NCBI GenBank assembly: GCA_040767195.1
Contig: JAXGPA010000005.1
Span: 64,001-128,000 of the forward strand
Length of the DNA: 64,000 nt
Direction: 5' to 3'
Source: Syntrophales bacterium
Lineage (GTDB): Bacteria; Desulfobacterota; Syntrophia; Syntrophales; UBA6807
The translations under genes were made by a program, and so were the position numbers. Shown piece after piece: positions 10,922 to 19,848 of the stretch (its first letter is position 1; each line of letters starts with the position of its first letter). The notes beneath the pieces are model-generated. The model had not been told where the DNA came from, searched no databases, and saw only the letters and a program-made list of their open reading frames with translations.

Positions 10922-12070
10922 ATGGATTTCACATGGACAGAAGAGCAGGAACTCCTTCGGCAAAACGCGCGGGCGTTCGCCGACAGGTACGTGGAGCCCA
11001 TTGCCGCGGAGATTGACGAGACGGGCCGCCACCCGGAGGCGCTTTTCCGGGAACTCGCCGAAGGGGGGTGGATGGGCATCCCCATCCCCGTGCAATACGG
11101 CGGGGCCGGCTCGGATGTCCTCACCCATGCCCTCGTGGTGGAAGAGATTTCACGGTCCTGCTCGTCCACCGGGTTTACCCTGTCCTTTCACGCCGGCATT
11201 ATCGGCATGACCCTGTACCTGTCCGGAAGCGAGGAACAGAAAGAGGCTTTCCTGGTCCCCCTGGCCGCGGGCAGGCACCTGGGGGCTTTTGCCCTCACCG
11301 AGCCCGGCGCCGGCACCGACGTCATGGCCATCACCACCACGGCGGCCAGGGACGGGAACGATTTTGTCCTTAACGGGACGAAGACCTTCGTCTCCAACGG
11401 CCCCATCGCCGACACGTACATCGTCTTCTGCTGGACCGACCGGTCCGCGGCGAGAAAAGGCATGAGCGCCTTCATCATCCCCCGGGGGACGGCGGGACTG
11501 GCGTCGGGAGAGCCTTTTAGAAAAATGGGGCTCCGGGGGTCGCAGACGTCGGAAGTGACCTTCAGGGACTGCCGGGTGCCCCGGGAAAACCTGCTGGGCC
11601 GGGAAGGCGAGGGGCTTGCCATCGCCATGAGGGGGTTCGACCACGGCCGGATCGGGATAGCCGCCCAGGCCGTGGGGATCCTTCAGGCGGCCCTGGACGA
11701 GTCCATCAAATATTCCAGGGACCGGGTTCAGTTCGGGAAGCCCATCGCCCGCCACCAGGCGATCGCCTGGATGATCTCCGACATGGCGACGGACCTCTGT
11801 GCCGCCCGCCACCTCGCCTGTCATTCCGCCTGGCTGAGGGACAACGGCCGGCCCTTCGCCAAGGAGGCCGCCATGGCCAAGCTTTTCGCGACGGAGGCCG
11901 CCATGAGGCACACGGTCAAGGCGGTCCACATCCAGGGGGGGTACGGGTACATCAAGGGCGCGAAGGTGGAGCGCCTGATGCGGGACGCCAAGATCGCCGA
12001 AATCTACGAGGGCACGTCGGAAGCCCAGAGAATGGTCATATCGGGAAACGTCCTGCGGGCGGGAAGCTGA
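10922..12070 (+). CDS. Acyl-CoA dehydrogenase (short/branched-chain, Bcd-like)
   Basis: FALTEPGAGTD, NGTKTFVSN, KMGLRGS, RVQFGKPI, GGYGY, IYEGTSE. Confidence 0.95.
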   Translation: MDFTWTEEQELLRQNARAFADRYVEPIAAEIDETGRHPEALFRELAEGGWMGIPIPVQYGGAGSDVLTHALVVEEISRSCSSTGFTLSFHAGIIGMTLYLSGSEEQKEAFLVPLAAGRHLGAFALTEPGAGTDVMAITTTAARDGNDFVLNGTKTFVSNGPIADTYIVFCWTDRSAARKGMSAFIIPRGTAGLASGEPFRKMGLRGSQTSEVTFRDCRVPRENLLGREGEGLAIAMRGFDHGRIGIAAQAVGILQAALDESIKYSRDRVQFGKPIARHQAIAWMISDMATDLCAARHLACHSAWLRDNGRPFAKEAAMAKLFATEAAMRHTVKAVHIQGGYGYIKGAKVERLMRDAKIAEIYEGTSEAQRMVISGNVLRAGS

Positions 12071-12088
12071 CGGGCGATTCCCCGGTCG

Positions 12089-14884
12089 TCACCGCTCGTG
12101 GAGGATGAGGCCCGGCGGGAGGGACTCGCCGAACTGGACCGTTTCCTCCTCCTCGCCCACGGGGACGACTTCCTCGAGAAGGCGGACGTGGGTTTCCGAA
12201 ACGGACGCCTGTTTCAGCCGGTCGATGAGGGTCCGGCGCACCCTGTCATCCACGTCGCGCTTCCGGTCTCCCGTCAGGCGGGCCACTCGGGCCAGGGTTG
12301 ACCCCGCCGCCTGCGCGTTCGGCCAGGGCCGGGTGAGAAGGGTCTCGATCCACCGGGCCGCTTCGTCCGCCGGGACGACAAGATCCACGGGCCCGTACAG
12401 GGGCTCCCGGGCGCCGATCCGTCCCAGGGCCCACCAGTACGGGGTTTTCCCTTTGTGGGAAAGCAGCTCGTCCAGGAGAATCTTTCCCCACCTTGTCTTT
12501 TCCCGGACGGGAAGGCGTTCCAGGTTGGCCGCGGCCATCCACATTTCCACGTGTTCCTGGGGGGCGACCTTGCCTCCCTTTTTCTTCCGGCCCGGGTCCA
12601 GGGTGCCGGCGAGGCGCACCATGAGCTGACGCTGCTGGACCTCGTTCAACCCCCCGGCCACGCGGCGCCAGAAAATCCACCATTCCGAGCGGACCTGGAT
12701 CTTGCGGTCGTGAACGGGGCCCTCGTTGAAAAATTTCCAGACCCGCTCCATGCGATGGTCGTCCATGGGGAAGCCGAATCCTGGCCTGAGACAGAAACCC
12801 AGGAGGTTCATCCAGCGGACCTCGTGTTCCGCGGTGCGGTGCCGGGCGTCGGCCCGCTCGACAAGGCGGTCCGCCATGGCCCTCAGGAGGCTCGGGGGCC
12901 ACCGATCCCGGGGAATGTCCAGGGTTTCCCGGAGGGCCCCGGCCAGGGCCTCCGGTTTCACGGAAGAGGACGGGTCGGCGAAAACCGTGTCGAGAAGACC
13001 GAGAACCCGGCCTTCCATGGCCCTGTCCAGGATTTCCGTTTCCGGGGCGAGGGTCTCCGTTCCCTGTTCCCTGAGTTGAAACTGAAGACGCCAGCGGTGG
13101 TCGCTTTTCAGGGAGCGGCACCAGATCTCCAGGGTTCCCAGCTCGGTGTAAAGGGCCTCGATCTCGACGGGGACGGTGATTTCCCCGGCCTTCTTCCCGA
13201 ATTTGACGACCGTCTGAAGGGGCGGCATGAGGGTGATCGAGTCGTCCACGGCGATGAGATCGCCCACCCGGTCCCCGGAGCGGAAGCTCGAGCTGTAGAG
13301 GTCGAACCGGACGGGCCGGTTGACCCGCACTTCGAATCGGAAGCCCTCCAGTGTCGACCGGGTTCCTTCCTCCATGTTCCGCTCCACCAGGCACAGGGCT
13401 GAATCCCCCGGCCCGGCGTCCCCTGTTCCCCCGGCTCCGTGGCTCACGCCGAGATAATAGGCCCGGGCGCTTCCGCTCCCGACCCGGACCCCGAGTCCTT
13501 CCCGGACCCGCCCGTAGTAGGCGGCTCCCCGGGCGACGGCGAGCTCGAGATCCCCGCTGTCCAGTTCTTTCGGTGACCCGTTTCCCCGGCGGTGGAAATA
13601 TCGGGACAGGGCCTCCAGGATCCTTTCTCTCAGGATCGGCGGCTTCAGGGTCCCGCCGTTGAACAGGACACGGTCCGGGCAGACGTCTTCCCGCCCCAGG
13701 TGACGGAGAACATCGGCCCGGTGCCTTTCCAGGAACTGGACGAGGTGGGCCGTTATGGCGGGGTTTCGCGCGTAGGGGAGGCCGAATTCGGTGATTCCCC
13801 GGCGCGTTTCCACGGCCGGCGGCGACTCGGGATCGATGAGGGGGAAAAACCCCTGAAGAAGGATTTCCTCGATTTCCCGCTTTCCGACCGTCGTCGTCAC
13901 CGTTCCCCCGACCAGGCGCCGTCCGCCTCCCACGAGGGTGATGGTTTCCTCTTCCGCCGTTCCGCCGAGAATCTTTTCCTTGGCCTCCCGGCACTGGTGG
14001 CACAGGGCCTGCCAGCGCTGGAGACTGAGGGACGTTTCCCGGCCCGTGGCCAGTTTCGACTCGGCCAGGCGGGCCAGGGCCAGGTCCATGTTGTCCCCCC
14101 CTAAAATCAGGTGGTCCCCCACGGCGATACGTTCGAAAACGGCTGTGCCTTTCTTTTCCTGGAGCGTCACCAGGGTGAAATCGGTGGTGCCTCCGCCGAC
14201 GTCGCAGATGAGGATCAGCTCCCCCGGGACGACCCGGCTTTCCCAGTCCCTTTCGTGGTCCATGAGCCAGCTGTAAAAGGCGGCAAGAGGCTCCTCCAGG
14301 AGAATGACATGGGGCAGGCCCGCCAGGGCGGCCCCTTCCATGGTCAGGTCCCGGGCCACCTCGTCGAAGGACGCCGGCACGGTGAGGACGATCCGGTGGT
14401 CTTCCAGGGGAACGCCGTCCTTTTCGAGGGCCAGGTGGTTCCACGATAACCGGATGTGCCCCAGGACGGCCGCCACCGCCTCCACCGGGGACACCCGGTC
14501 CACGTCCTCCCCGGCGCCCCAGGGAAGGATGGCCGCCCGCCGGTCCGCCCGGGCCTGGCACAGCCAGCTCTTGGCGGAGGAAACGAGCCTTCCCGGGACG
14601 GCGGCTCCCTGGTTCCGGGCGAAGGCCCCCACGAAACCCCCGGTGCCGGGGGACCAGGAAAGGACGTAGGACTCCCGGCGGATCTCGTGTTCGCCGGGGA
14701 TGTAGAGAAACGAGGGGAGCATGGGAAGGGACGAAACCTCCCCGGGGCCGGTGAGCTGGGGGATCGGGAAAATCGCGATGCCTCCCCCCGGGCGGTCGCT
14801 CCCGGGCAGGTCGGCCCACGAAACGGCGGAGTTGGTCGTTCCCAGGTCGATCCCGACTATTTTTCCTCTGACCGTCCTACCCAT
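12089..14884 (-). CDS. Atypical Hsp70 family protein with C-terminal DUF3731-like extension
   Basis: GIDLGTTNS, TVPASFD, EEPLAA, DVGGGTTD, GGDNMD, LFNGG, VARGAA; helical C-terminal region with LGFCLRPGFG and WALGRIGAR. Confidence 0.9.
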   Translation of the reverse strand: MGRTVRGKIVGIDLGTTNSAVSWADLPGSDRPGGGIAIFPIPQLTGPGEVSSLPMLPSFLYIPGEHEIRRESYVLSWSPGTGGFVGAFARNQGAAVPGRLVSSAKSWLCQARADRRAAILPWGAGEDVDRVSPVEAVAAVLGHIRLSWNHLALEKDGVPLEDHRIVLTVPASFDEVARDLTMEGAALAGLPHVILLEEPLAAFYSWLMDHERDWESRVVPGELILICDVGGGTTDFTLVTLQEKKGTAVFERIAVGDHLILGGDNMDLALARLAESKLATGRETSLSLQRWQALCHQCREAKEKILGGTAEEETITLVGGGRRLVGGTVTTTVGKREIEEILLQGFFPLIDPESPPAVETRRGITEFGLPYARNPAITAHLVQFLERHRADVLRHLGREDVCPDRVLFNGGTLKPPILRERILEALSRYFHRRGNGSPKELDSGDLELAVARGAAYYGRVREGLGVRVGSGSARAYYLGVSHGAGGTGDAGPGDSALCLVERNMEEGTRSTLEGFRFEVRVNRPVRFDLYSSSFRSGDRVGDLIAVDDSITLMPPLQTVVKFGKKAGEITVPVEIEALYTELGTLEIWCRSLKSDHRWRLQFQLREQGTETLAPETEILDRAMEGRVLGLLDTVFADPSSSVKPEALAGALRETLDIPRDRWPPSLLRAMADRLVERADARHRTAEHEVRWMNLLGFCLRPGFGFPMDDHRMERVWKFFNEGPVHDRKIQVRSEWWIFWRRVAGGLNEVQQRQLMVRLAGTLDPGRKKKGGKVAPQEHVEMWMAAANLERLPVREKTRWGKILLDELLSHKGKTPYWWALGRIGAREPLYGPVDLVVPADEAARWIETLLTRPWPNAQAAGSTLARVARLTGDRKRDVDDRVRRTLIDRLKQASVSETHVRLLEEVVPVGEEEETVQFGESLPPGLILHER

Positions 14885-16691
14885 CGCTTTCCTGTTCCCG
14901 GACGCTGAACTCGAGCCGGTATTTCCGGCCGTCTTCCCGGGAGACGCACCACAGCTCGAGGGTGCCGATTTCCGTAACCCTGACCTGGAGGGTCACGGGG
15001 ATGACGGCCCCGGCCTCCCCTTCCAGGCGGGTTTCCACGGTCGTTATTTCCTCGATTTCCCCCTCCCAGTCCTCGACGACCGTTCCCGGGCGGTCTTCGT
15101 GGCGGTCGAGCGATCCGAGAAAATCGAAGGTCACCGGTTCCCCCACGATGAGGCCGAATTCCTGGCCGGGAATGTCCGCTTCCGTCCCTTCCTCCATTCC
15201 GAGCGGGGCCACGCAAAGGGCCTTCATGGGCCTTGGCATGCCCGGCACGGCGGGCATGGCCGTTTCGACGCCCAGGTAATAGCTTCGGGACAGGCCGCTC
15301 CGGATGCGGATGCCTTTTCCCCGCCGCACCAGGCCGTAATAGGCCGCCCCCCGGGCCACGGAAAGATCGAAGTCCCGGCCGGGTATTTCCCGGACCGGCC
15401 CGCTTCCGCTCTCTTCGGCCCACGCGGAGAGGATGGCGAGGACCCGGGACCTCAGGACGGCGGACTTCATGACGCCGCCGTTGAAGAGGACCGCTGTCGG
15501 GAAGAGAGGGTCGCCGCTGCCGGAACGGCACTGCCGGCTGATGAAACGGGCCATGTGTCTCGTCACGGCGGGGTCGGCCGTGTACGAGAGGCCGAGTTCC
15601 CGCATTCCCGCGGATTTTTCCCGCCGGATGTCCTCGTCCCTCCCGCAGGGCGGGAAAAACCCCTCCACCAGGGTTTCTTCCACGTCCCGCTTTTCCAGGG
15701 CCGTCCGGATGGTTCCCCCGATGACGCTGCTCCCCCTTCCCAGGACGGTGACCGGGAAGGACTCGGCGCTCTCGTTCGAGAGGAGATGTTCCTTGGCGAC
15801 CCGGCAGCCGTGGCTCAGCCCTCTCACCTGGTAGGCGTTCAGCTTCTGTCCCCGGGCCTTCATCCGGCTCGCCACCCCGTAAGCCAGGGTCAGGTCCATG
15901 TTGTCCCCCCCCAGGAGGACGTGCTCTCCCACGGCGATTCGCTCCAGCTGAAGCCCGCCCTCTTTTTCCGAAACCTCTATGAGGCTGAAATCGGTGGTGC
16001 CGCCGCCGATGTCCACGACGAGGACGAGATCTCCCACCCGGACCGTTTCCCGCCAGGTTTCCCCGCCCGATTCGATCCACGCGTAAAAGGCGGCCTGGGG
16101 TTCCTCCAGGAGGACCGCCGAGCCGAGGCCGGCCATCACGGCCGCCTGGACGGTGAGGTCGCGGGCCACCGCGTCGAAGGAGGCGGGGACGGTGAGATAG
16201 ATTTCCTGGTTCTCCAGCTTCAGGGAATCGTCACCGCCTGCCATCCCGTGGTTCCAGGTGTCCCGGATGTGACGCAGGATCAGGGACGAGGCTTCCACGG
16301 GGGATATTTTCGTCCCGTCTTCCGGGGCTTCCCAGGGAAGAACGGCCCTGTTCCGGTCCACGTGGGGGTTGCAGAGCCAGGACTTGGAAGACGACACGAG
16401 ACGGTGGGGGATTTCCGCCCCCCGGTCCCTGGCGAAAGTCCCCACGGCCCATTTTTTTTCGCCGGTCCAGGGAACGGCGAGGGCTTCCGGGGAAACGTCG
16501 TGGGGGCCCGGAAGGAGGACGAACGACGGAAGGGACGGCTTTTCCAGGACCGACCCCGGCTCGACGAGCTGGGGAACGGGAAATACCCGGATCCCCCGGT
16601 TCGCCCGTTCTTCGGCGTTCGTTTCCGTCCAGGCGACCACGGTGTTCGTCGTTCCCAGGTCGATGCCGACAATATATCGCGGATTCAACAC
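14877..16691 (-). CDS. Atypical Hsp70 family protein (probable GTG start at 16691)
   Basis: GIDLGTTNT, TVPASFD, EEPQAA, DIGGGTTD, GGDNMD, VARGAA; stop overlaps the start of the next Hsp70 gene. Confidence 0.9.
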   Translation of the reverse strand: MLNPRYIVGIDLGTTNTVVAWTETNAEERANRGIRVFPVPQLVEPGSVLEKPSLPSFVLLPGPHDVSPEALAVPWTGEKKWAVGTFARDRGAEIPHRLVSSSKSWLCNPHVDRNRAVLPWEAPEDGTKISPVEASSLILRHIRDTWNHGMAGGDDSLKLENQEIYLTVPASFDAVARDLTVQAAVMAGLGSAVLLEEPQAAFYAWIESGGETWRETVRVGDLVLVVDIGGGTTDFSLIEVSEKEGGLQLERIAVGEHVLLGGDNMDLTLAYGVASRMKARGQKLNAYQVRGLSHGCRVAKEHLLSNESAESFPVTVLGRGSSVIGGTIRTALEKRDVEETLVEGFFPPCGRDEDIRREKSAGMRELGLSYTADPAVTRHMARFISRQCRSGSGDPLFPTAVLFNGGVMKSAVLRSRVLAILSAWAEESGSGPVREIPGRDFDLSVARGAAYYGLVRRGKGIRIRSGLSRSYYLGVETAMPAVPGMPRPMKALCVAPLGMEEGTEADIPGQEFGLIVGEPVTFDFLGSLDRHEDRPGTVVEDWEGEIEEITTVETRLEGEAGAVIPVTLQVRVTEIGTLELWCVSREDGRKYRLEFSVREQESDG

Positions 16692-16772
16692 GGTGCACAC
16701 CTCACAGGCAGCGCTCCAGGACTCGCCGCCCGTCACGGGGGGGACGGGACGCGGAGCGGGCTGCCGCTATTA

Positions 16773-17534
16773 TCAGGGGATCTCGACTTCCGCCGGCGCG
16801 ATGATGTCGGGGTTTCTGTCCCCCGTGACGGCGGGCAGCGCCAGGCGGTCGACACGCCACCCCCGGTGCTGAAGAATGCCCCGGAAGGGGGGCTTGCCCG
16901 ACACGTTTCCCGTGAGCTTCACGGCGTCCGGGTCGAACCCCTCCGGTATGGTCACTTCCTCCCCTTCGGAACCGTCCATGACCGCTTTCAGGGACAGGTG
17001 GTCGTGAAGGACCTTGCGGCACCGACGGTGGATGTCCCGGACCGCCGCCCCGACCTGGCCGTCGTCGTAGCCTTCCAGGTCTTCCTCGAGGAAGTCGGCC
17101 AGGCGGCCTTCCCGCTGGAGGAGGCTGAAAAGATGGAGGGATTTGATCCGGCCCTCCCGTTCTTTCCGTTTGTCCCGCTCGTCGGTCGTATCCGCGGGGA
17201 CCGCCGCCTCGGGCGCGCTTTCCTTCTCGTCCGATGGTTCGCCGCCGGCAAGGACCCGCCGGACCGACGCTCTCTGGAAGATCCAAAGAAGAACCCCTCC
17301 GAGAAACACGGCCAGGACGAGAACCGCCTGGAGGAAGAAATCACGGAACCCTTCCGGGGCCCAGGAGATTCCCGTCATTTCGAGCGCCCCGGACCGGGCG
17401 AGCATATCGTAAACCGCCGAGGCCGCCGGTGCCGGGTCCCACGTGGGGATTTTCAGGATCAGCGTCGAGAGGAGAACGCTCCACAGAAATATCCAGAAAA
17501 GCAATTTCCGGGAGATTTTTTTATCCCTTTTCAT
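16773..17534 (-). CDS. DUF2760 domain membrane-anchored protein
   Basis: Two hydrophobic N-terminal segments, then LLQREGRLADFLEED...GAAVRDIH...KLTGNVSG..HRGW..IIAPAEVEI; position upstream of an Hsp70 pair is typical of this family. Confidence 0.85.
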   Translation of the reverse strand: MKRDKKISRKLLFWIFLWSVLLSTLILKIPTWDPAPAASAVYDMLARSGALEMTGISWAPEGFRDFFLQAVLVLAVFLGGVLLWIFQRASVRRVLAGGEPSDEKESAPEAAVPADTTDERDKRKEREGRIKSLHLFSLLQREGRLADFLEEDLEGYDDGQVGAAVRDIHRRCRKVLHDHLSLKAVMDGSEGEEVTIPEGFDPDAVKLTGNVSGKPPFRGILQHRGWRVDRLALPAVTGDRNPDIIAPAEVEIP

Positions 17535-17719
17535 GTTCTTTTCTCCTGCTTCTCTTTTCGAATATCCGGGGGGCTTTCAGGCCGGCTTTTTGCAGCCCTT
17601 CCCGGGACCGGCCGCCCTCCCGTCCCCGGTTTTGCCCGGGGGGCTCTTGTATAACAGGCCGAAGTTCATTTCAATAAAAAGGTTTATTTCCGCCCGTTGC
17701 CGGGTTTCCGGAAATGAAG

Positions 17720-17765
17720 ACAGGCCCGGGGAAAACGGTATGTTCTCTCCCCGGGCCTGCTTTTT
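17720..17765. terminator. Long GC hairpin, possible terminator after the discoidin gene
   Basis: CAGGCCCGGGGA ... TCCCCGGGCCTG inverted repeat with a flanking T-run. Confidence 0.45.
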
Positions 17766-17799
17766 ATGATAGAAGGCTTGTCCTGAAACGGGTAACGGG

Positions 17800-18906
17800 T
17801 CACTCCATCCTGACCCCGTAGACATCGAACCGCATGCTGATGTGGCCGTGCCAGCTGTCCGGGTAAAACCGGACGTACCGGGCCGGGAAAGGGTCGGTGA
17901 GGTCATGGCGGACCGTCGTGTTCCGGTCCCGGTTCCCGTCAAACATGACGTCCCTGCCATCCTGCCGGTAAAAGGACCAGTTTCGCCCGTCCAGGCTGTA
18001 CCCGATCCGGTAGGCCGTGACCCACTGGTCCCAGCTGTGCCGTCCCTGGGTGGCCACGGCCTTGACCTTGACGATCGATCCGAGGTCCACCTGGATCCAC
18101 TGATCCTTGTTGTTTGCGGCGGCGGACCAGTTTGCCTCCTTCGACGTATCGTTCAGCCGGGCATTCTGAGGCCTGTAGCCCACATGGTTGTTCGCCCAGA
18201 CGGAAGACGCGCTGAAGGCCCCGGGCGGCAGCCCGGCGACGAGGGGCTCCACTGGCAGGAGGTTCTCCCGGTTCTGGGAGACGGATAGGATTTCGATGGG
18301 GTAGATGGTGCCGGTAAACCGGACGCAGTAGGTGTCCGTGTCGGGGATGAAACCGGACTCGGTATACTGGACGTTGTGGACAAGGGGGAGAAGGTGTTTC
18401 CACGGAAGGCCTTCCAGGTTCCGGTCGTAGTTCACCAGGGCCTTTACGAGCGTCTCTTCTTTCGCGTAAGTCATCATCTCGCTTACGGACATCTTTTTTT
18501 CCGAGGTGCAGTGCTTGCGGCCGATCTTCAGGGGCTTGAACTTTTCCCGGTCCTCCTCGGTGACATAGGCTTCGATCTGGACGCAGACGTCGCCGAAATT
18601 CCTCCCGTTGGAATAAAGGGGATCGCCCTTCACTCTCACGAGCCCCGCCGAGCTGGCCTGGATCCGGTCTTCCGAAAGGGTGAAGTTCTCGACTTTCGTA
18701 TAGGAGCTGATGAGTTCTCCGAAAAGTTCTCCCACGGCCATCCGCTGGGCCCCGGCGAGAAGCTCCCGTTTCAGATTGTCGGGGGTTGACGGGTAGCCGA
18801 TGGCCGTCATGCAGAAATTTTTCTTAACCACGTCGTCGGCCCCGGCGGGAACGGGAACGAATAATGACAGGATCAGCGCTAAAACGAGAAGAAATGCTTT
18901 TCTCAC
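17800..18906 (-). CDS. Secreted protein with C-terminal discoidin (F5/8 type C) domain
   Basis: Signal peptide (PAGA-DD); SASS..ARL..W....QWIQVDLG..VATQGR..WVTAY..YSLDG..F.GN.D..ARYVRFYP..W...ISMRFDVYG. Confidence 0.88.
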   Translation of the reverse strand: MRKAFLLVLALILSLFVPVPAGADDVVKKNFCMTAIGYPSTPDNLKRELLAGAQRMAVGELFGELISSYTKVENFTLSEDRIQASSAGLVRVKGDPLYSNGRNFGDVCVQIEAYVTEEDREKFKPLKIGRKHCTSEKKMSVSEMMTYAKEETLVKALVNYDRNLEGLPWKHLLPLVHNVQYTESGFIPDTDTYCVRFTGTIYPIEILSVSQNRENLLPVEPLVAGLPPGAFSASSVWANNHVGYRPQNARLNDTSKEANWSAAANNKDQWIQVDLGSIVKVKAVATQGRHSWDQWVTAYRIGYSLDGRNWSFYRQDGRDVMFDGNRDRNTTVRHDLTDPFPARYVRFYPDSWHGHISMRFDVYGVRME

Positions 18907-19088
18907 GGGTTCATCCTCCTTTTTGTTTTTCCAGGGGCAGGACGTAAAAATAGTTTTTTCAGGTTCACCTTAGAATGATCATTTTTCTGTGTCAAGGCGG
19001 CTGTCATTTTTTGCCGCCGTCCCGATTGCGGGGTGGCGTTTCCCGGGCCGGTACACGGAAAGCTCGGAGTTCTTCAGGGCCCTTTGCG

Positions 19089-19835
19089 CTATGGCCGCTC
19101 CATCATCCAAAGGATCCGCTGACAGGTGGCCGGCATATCCCCGGGCTTCACCTCCATGGTGATGGTCGACCGGTAGTTCCGGTCCTTCAGGAGGGTCAGG
19201 ATCCGCGGATAATCGACGACGCCGTCGCCCAGGGGCAGGTGGAGGTCGTCTTTGACGGACGTTCCGCCCAGGTTGTCGTGAACGTGAACGTGGGCGATCC
19301 TGTCGAAGCCGTGTTCGATGAAACCGAAGGACGTGTTTTCCCGGGAAAGAAGCTCCCCATGGCCGATATCGAGGGTCATTCTCAGGTCCGGGATGGCTTC
19401 GAACAGGGGTGCGAAGCTGTCGTACCGCTCGCTCAGGTTCTCCAGGCACAGGGTGATCCCGGCGTCCGCCGCCCGGGACACCATCTCGTGAAGCAGGCCT
19501 GTTTTCGCCTTCGCCGTACCCGGGTCCATCCAGCGGCGGTCCATCCAGAAATGAAGGGTTCCCTTGCCGATGCCAAGCCGGCGGGACAGTTCCAGGAGGC
19601 GGGCCATCCGGGGCAGAAAGCGCTCCTTCAGGACAACGGGGTCGGTGGGGTCGTCTTCGTTGGGGTAATGGGCAAGATAGTCTATGCCCGCCTCGTCCCG
19701 GATTTCCAGGAGTTCCTCCATTTGCCGCTCCACTTCGGACGGATGATCCAGGGAAATTTCAGCGAAGGGATATCCCAGCGCGATGACTTCTCGAAGCTCC
19801 GACAGGGTGTGGGCGCGGCCGCCGATGGTCCACAT
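19089..19835 (-). CDS. Sugar phosphate isomerase/epimerase (AP endonuclease 2 TIM barrel) family protein
   Basis: CLENL, TLDIGH, HVHVHDNLG, DLHLPLGDG, ITMEV metal-binding motifs. Confidence 0.88.
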   Translation of the reverse strand: MWTIGGRAHTLSELREVIALGYPFAEISLDHPSEVERQMEELLEIRDEAGIDYLAHYPNEDDPTDPVVLKERFLPRMARLLELSRRLGIGKGTLHFWMDRRWMDPGTAKAKTGLLHEMVSRAADAGITLCLENLSERYDSFAPLFEAIPDLRMTLDIGHGELLSRENTSFGFIEHGFDRIAHVHVHDNLGGTSVKDDLHLPLGDGVVDYPRILTLLKDRNYRSTITMEVKPGDMPATCQRILWMMERP

Positions 19836-19848
19836 GGGCTTTTCTCCT

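Noticed and set aside
14721..17654. 977-aa plus-strand ORF, and similar long alternative-frame ORFs (e.g. 12246-14819, 19783-21774, 35364-37184, 46629-48497)
   Set aside because: They overlap well-supported genes and are expected from high GC and codon bias; no recognisable domains.
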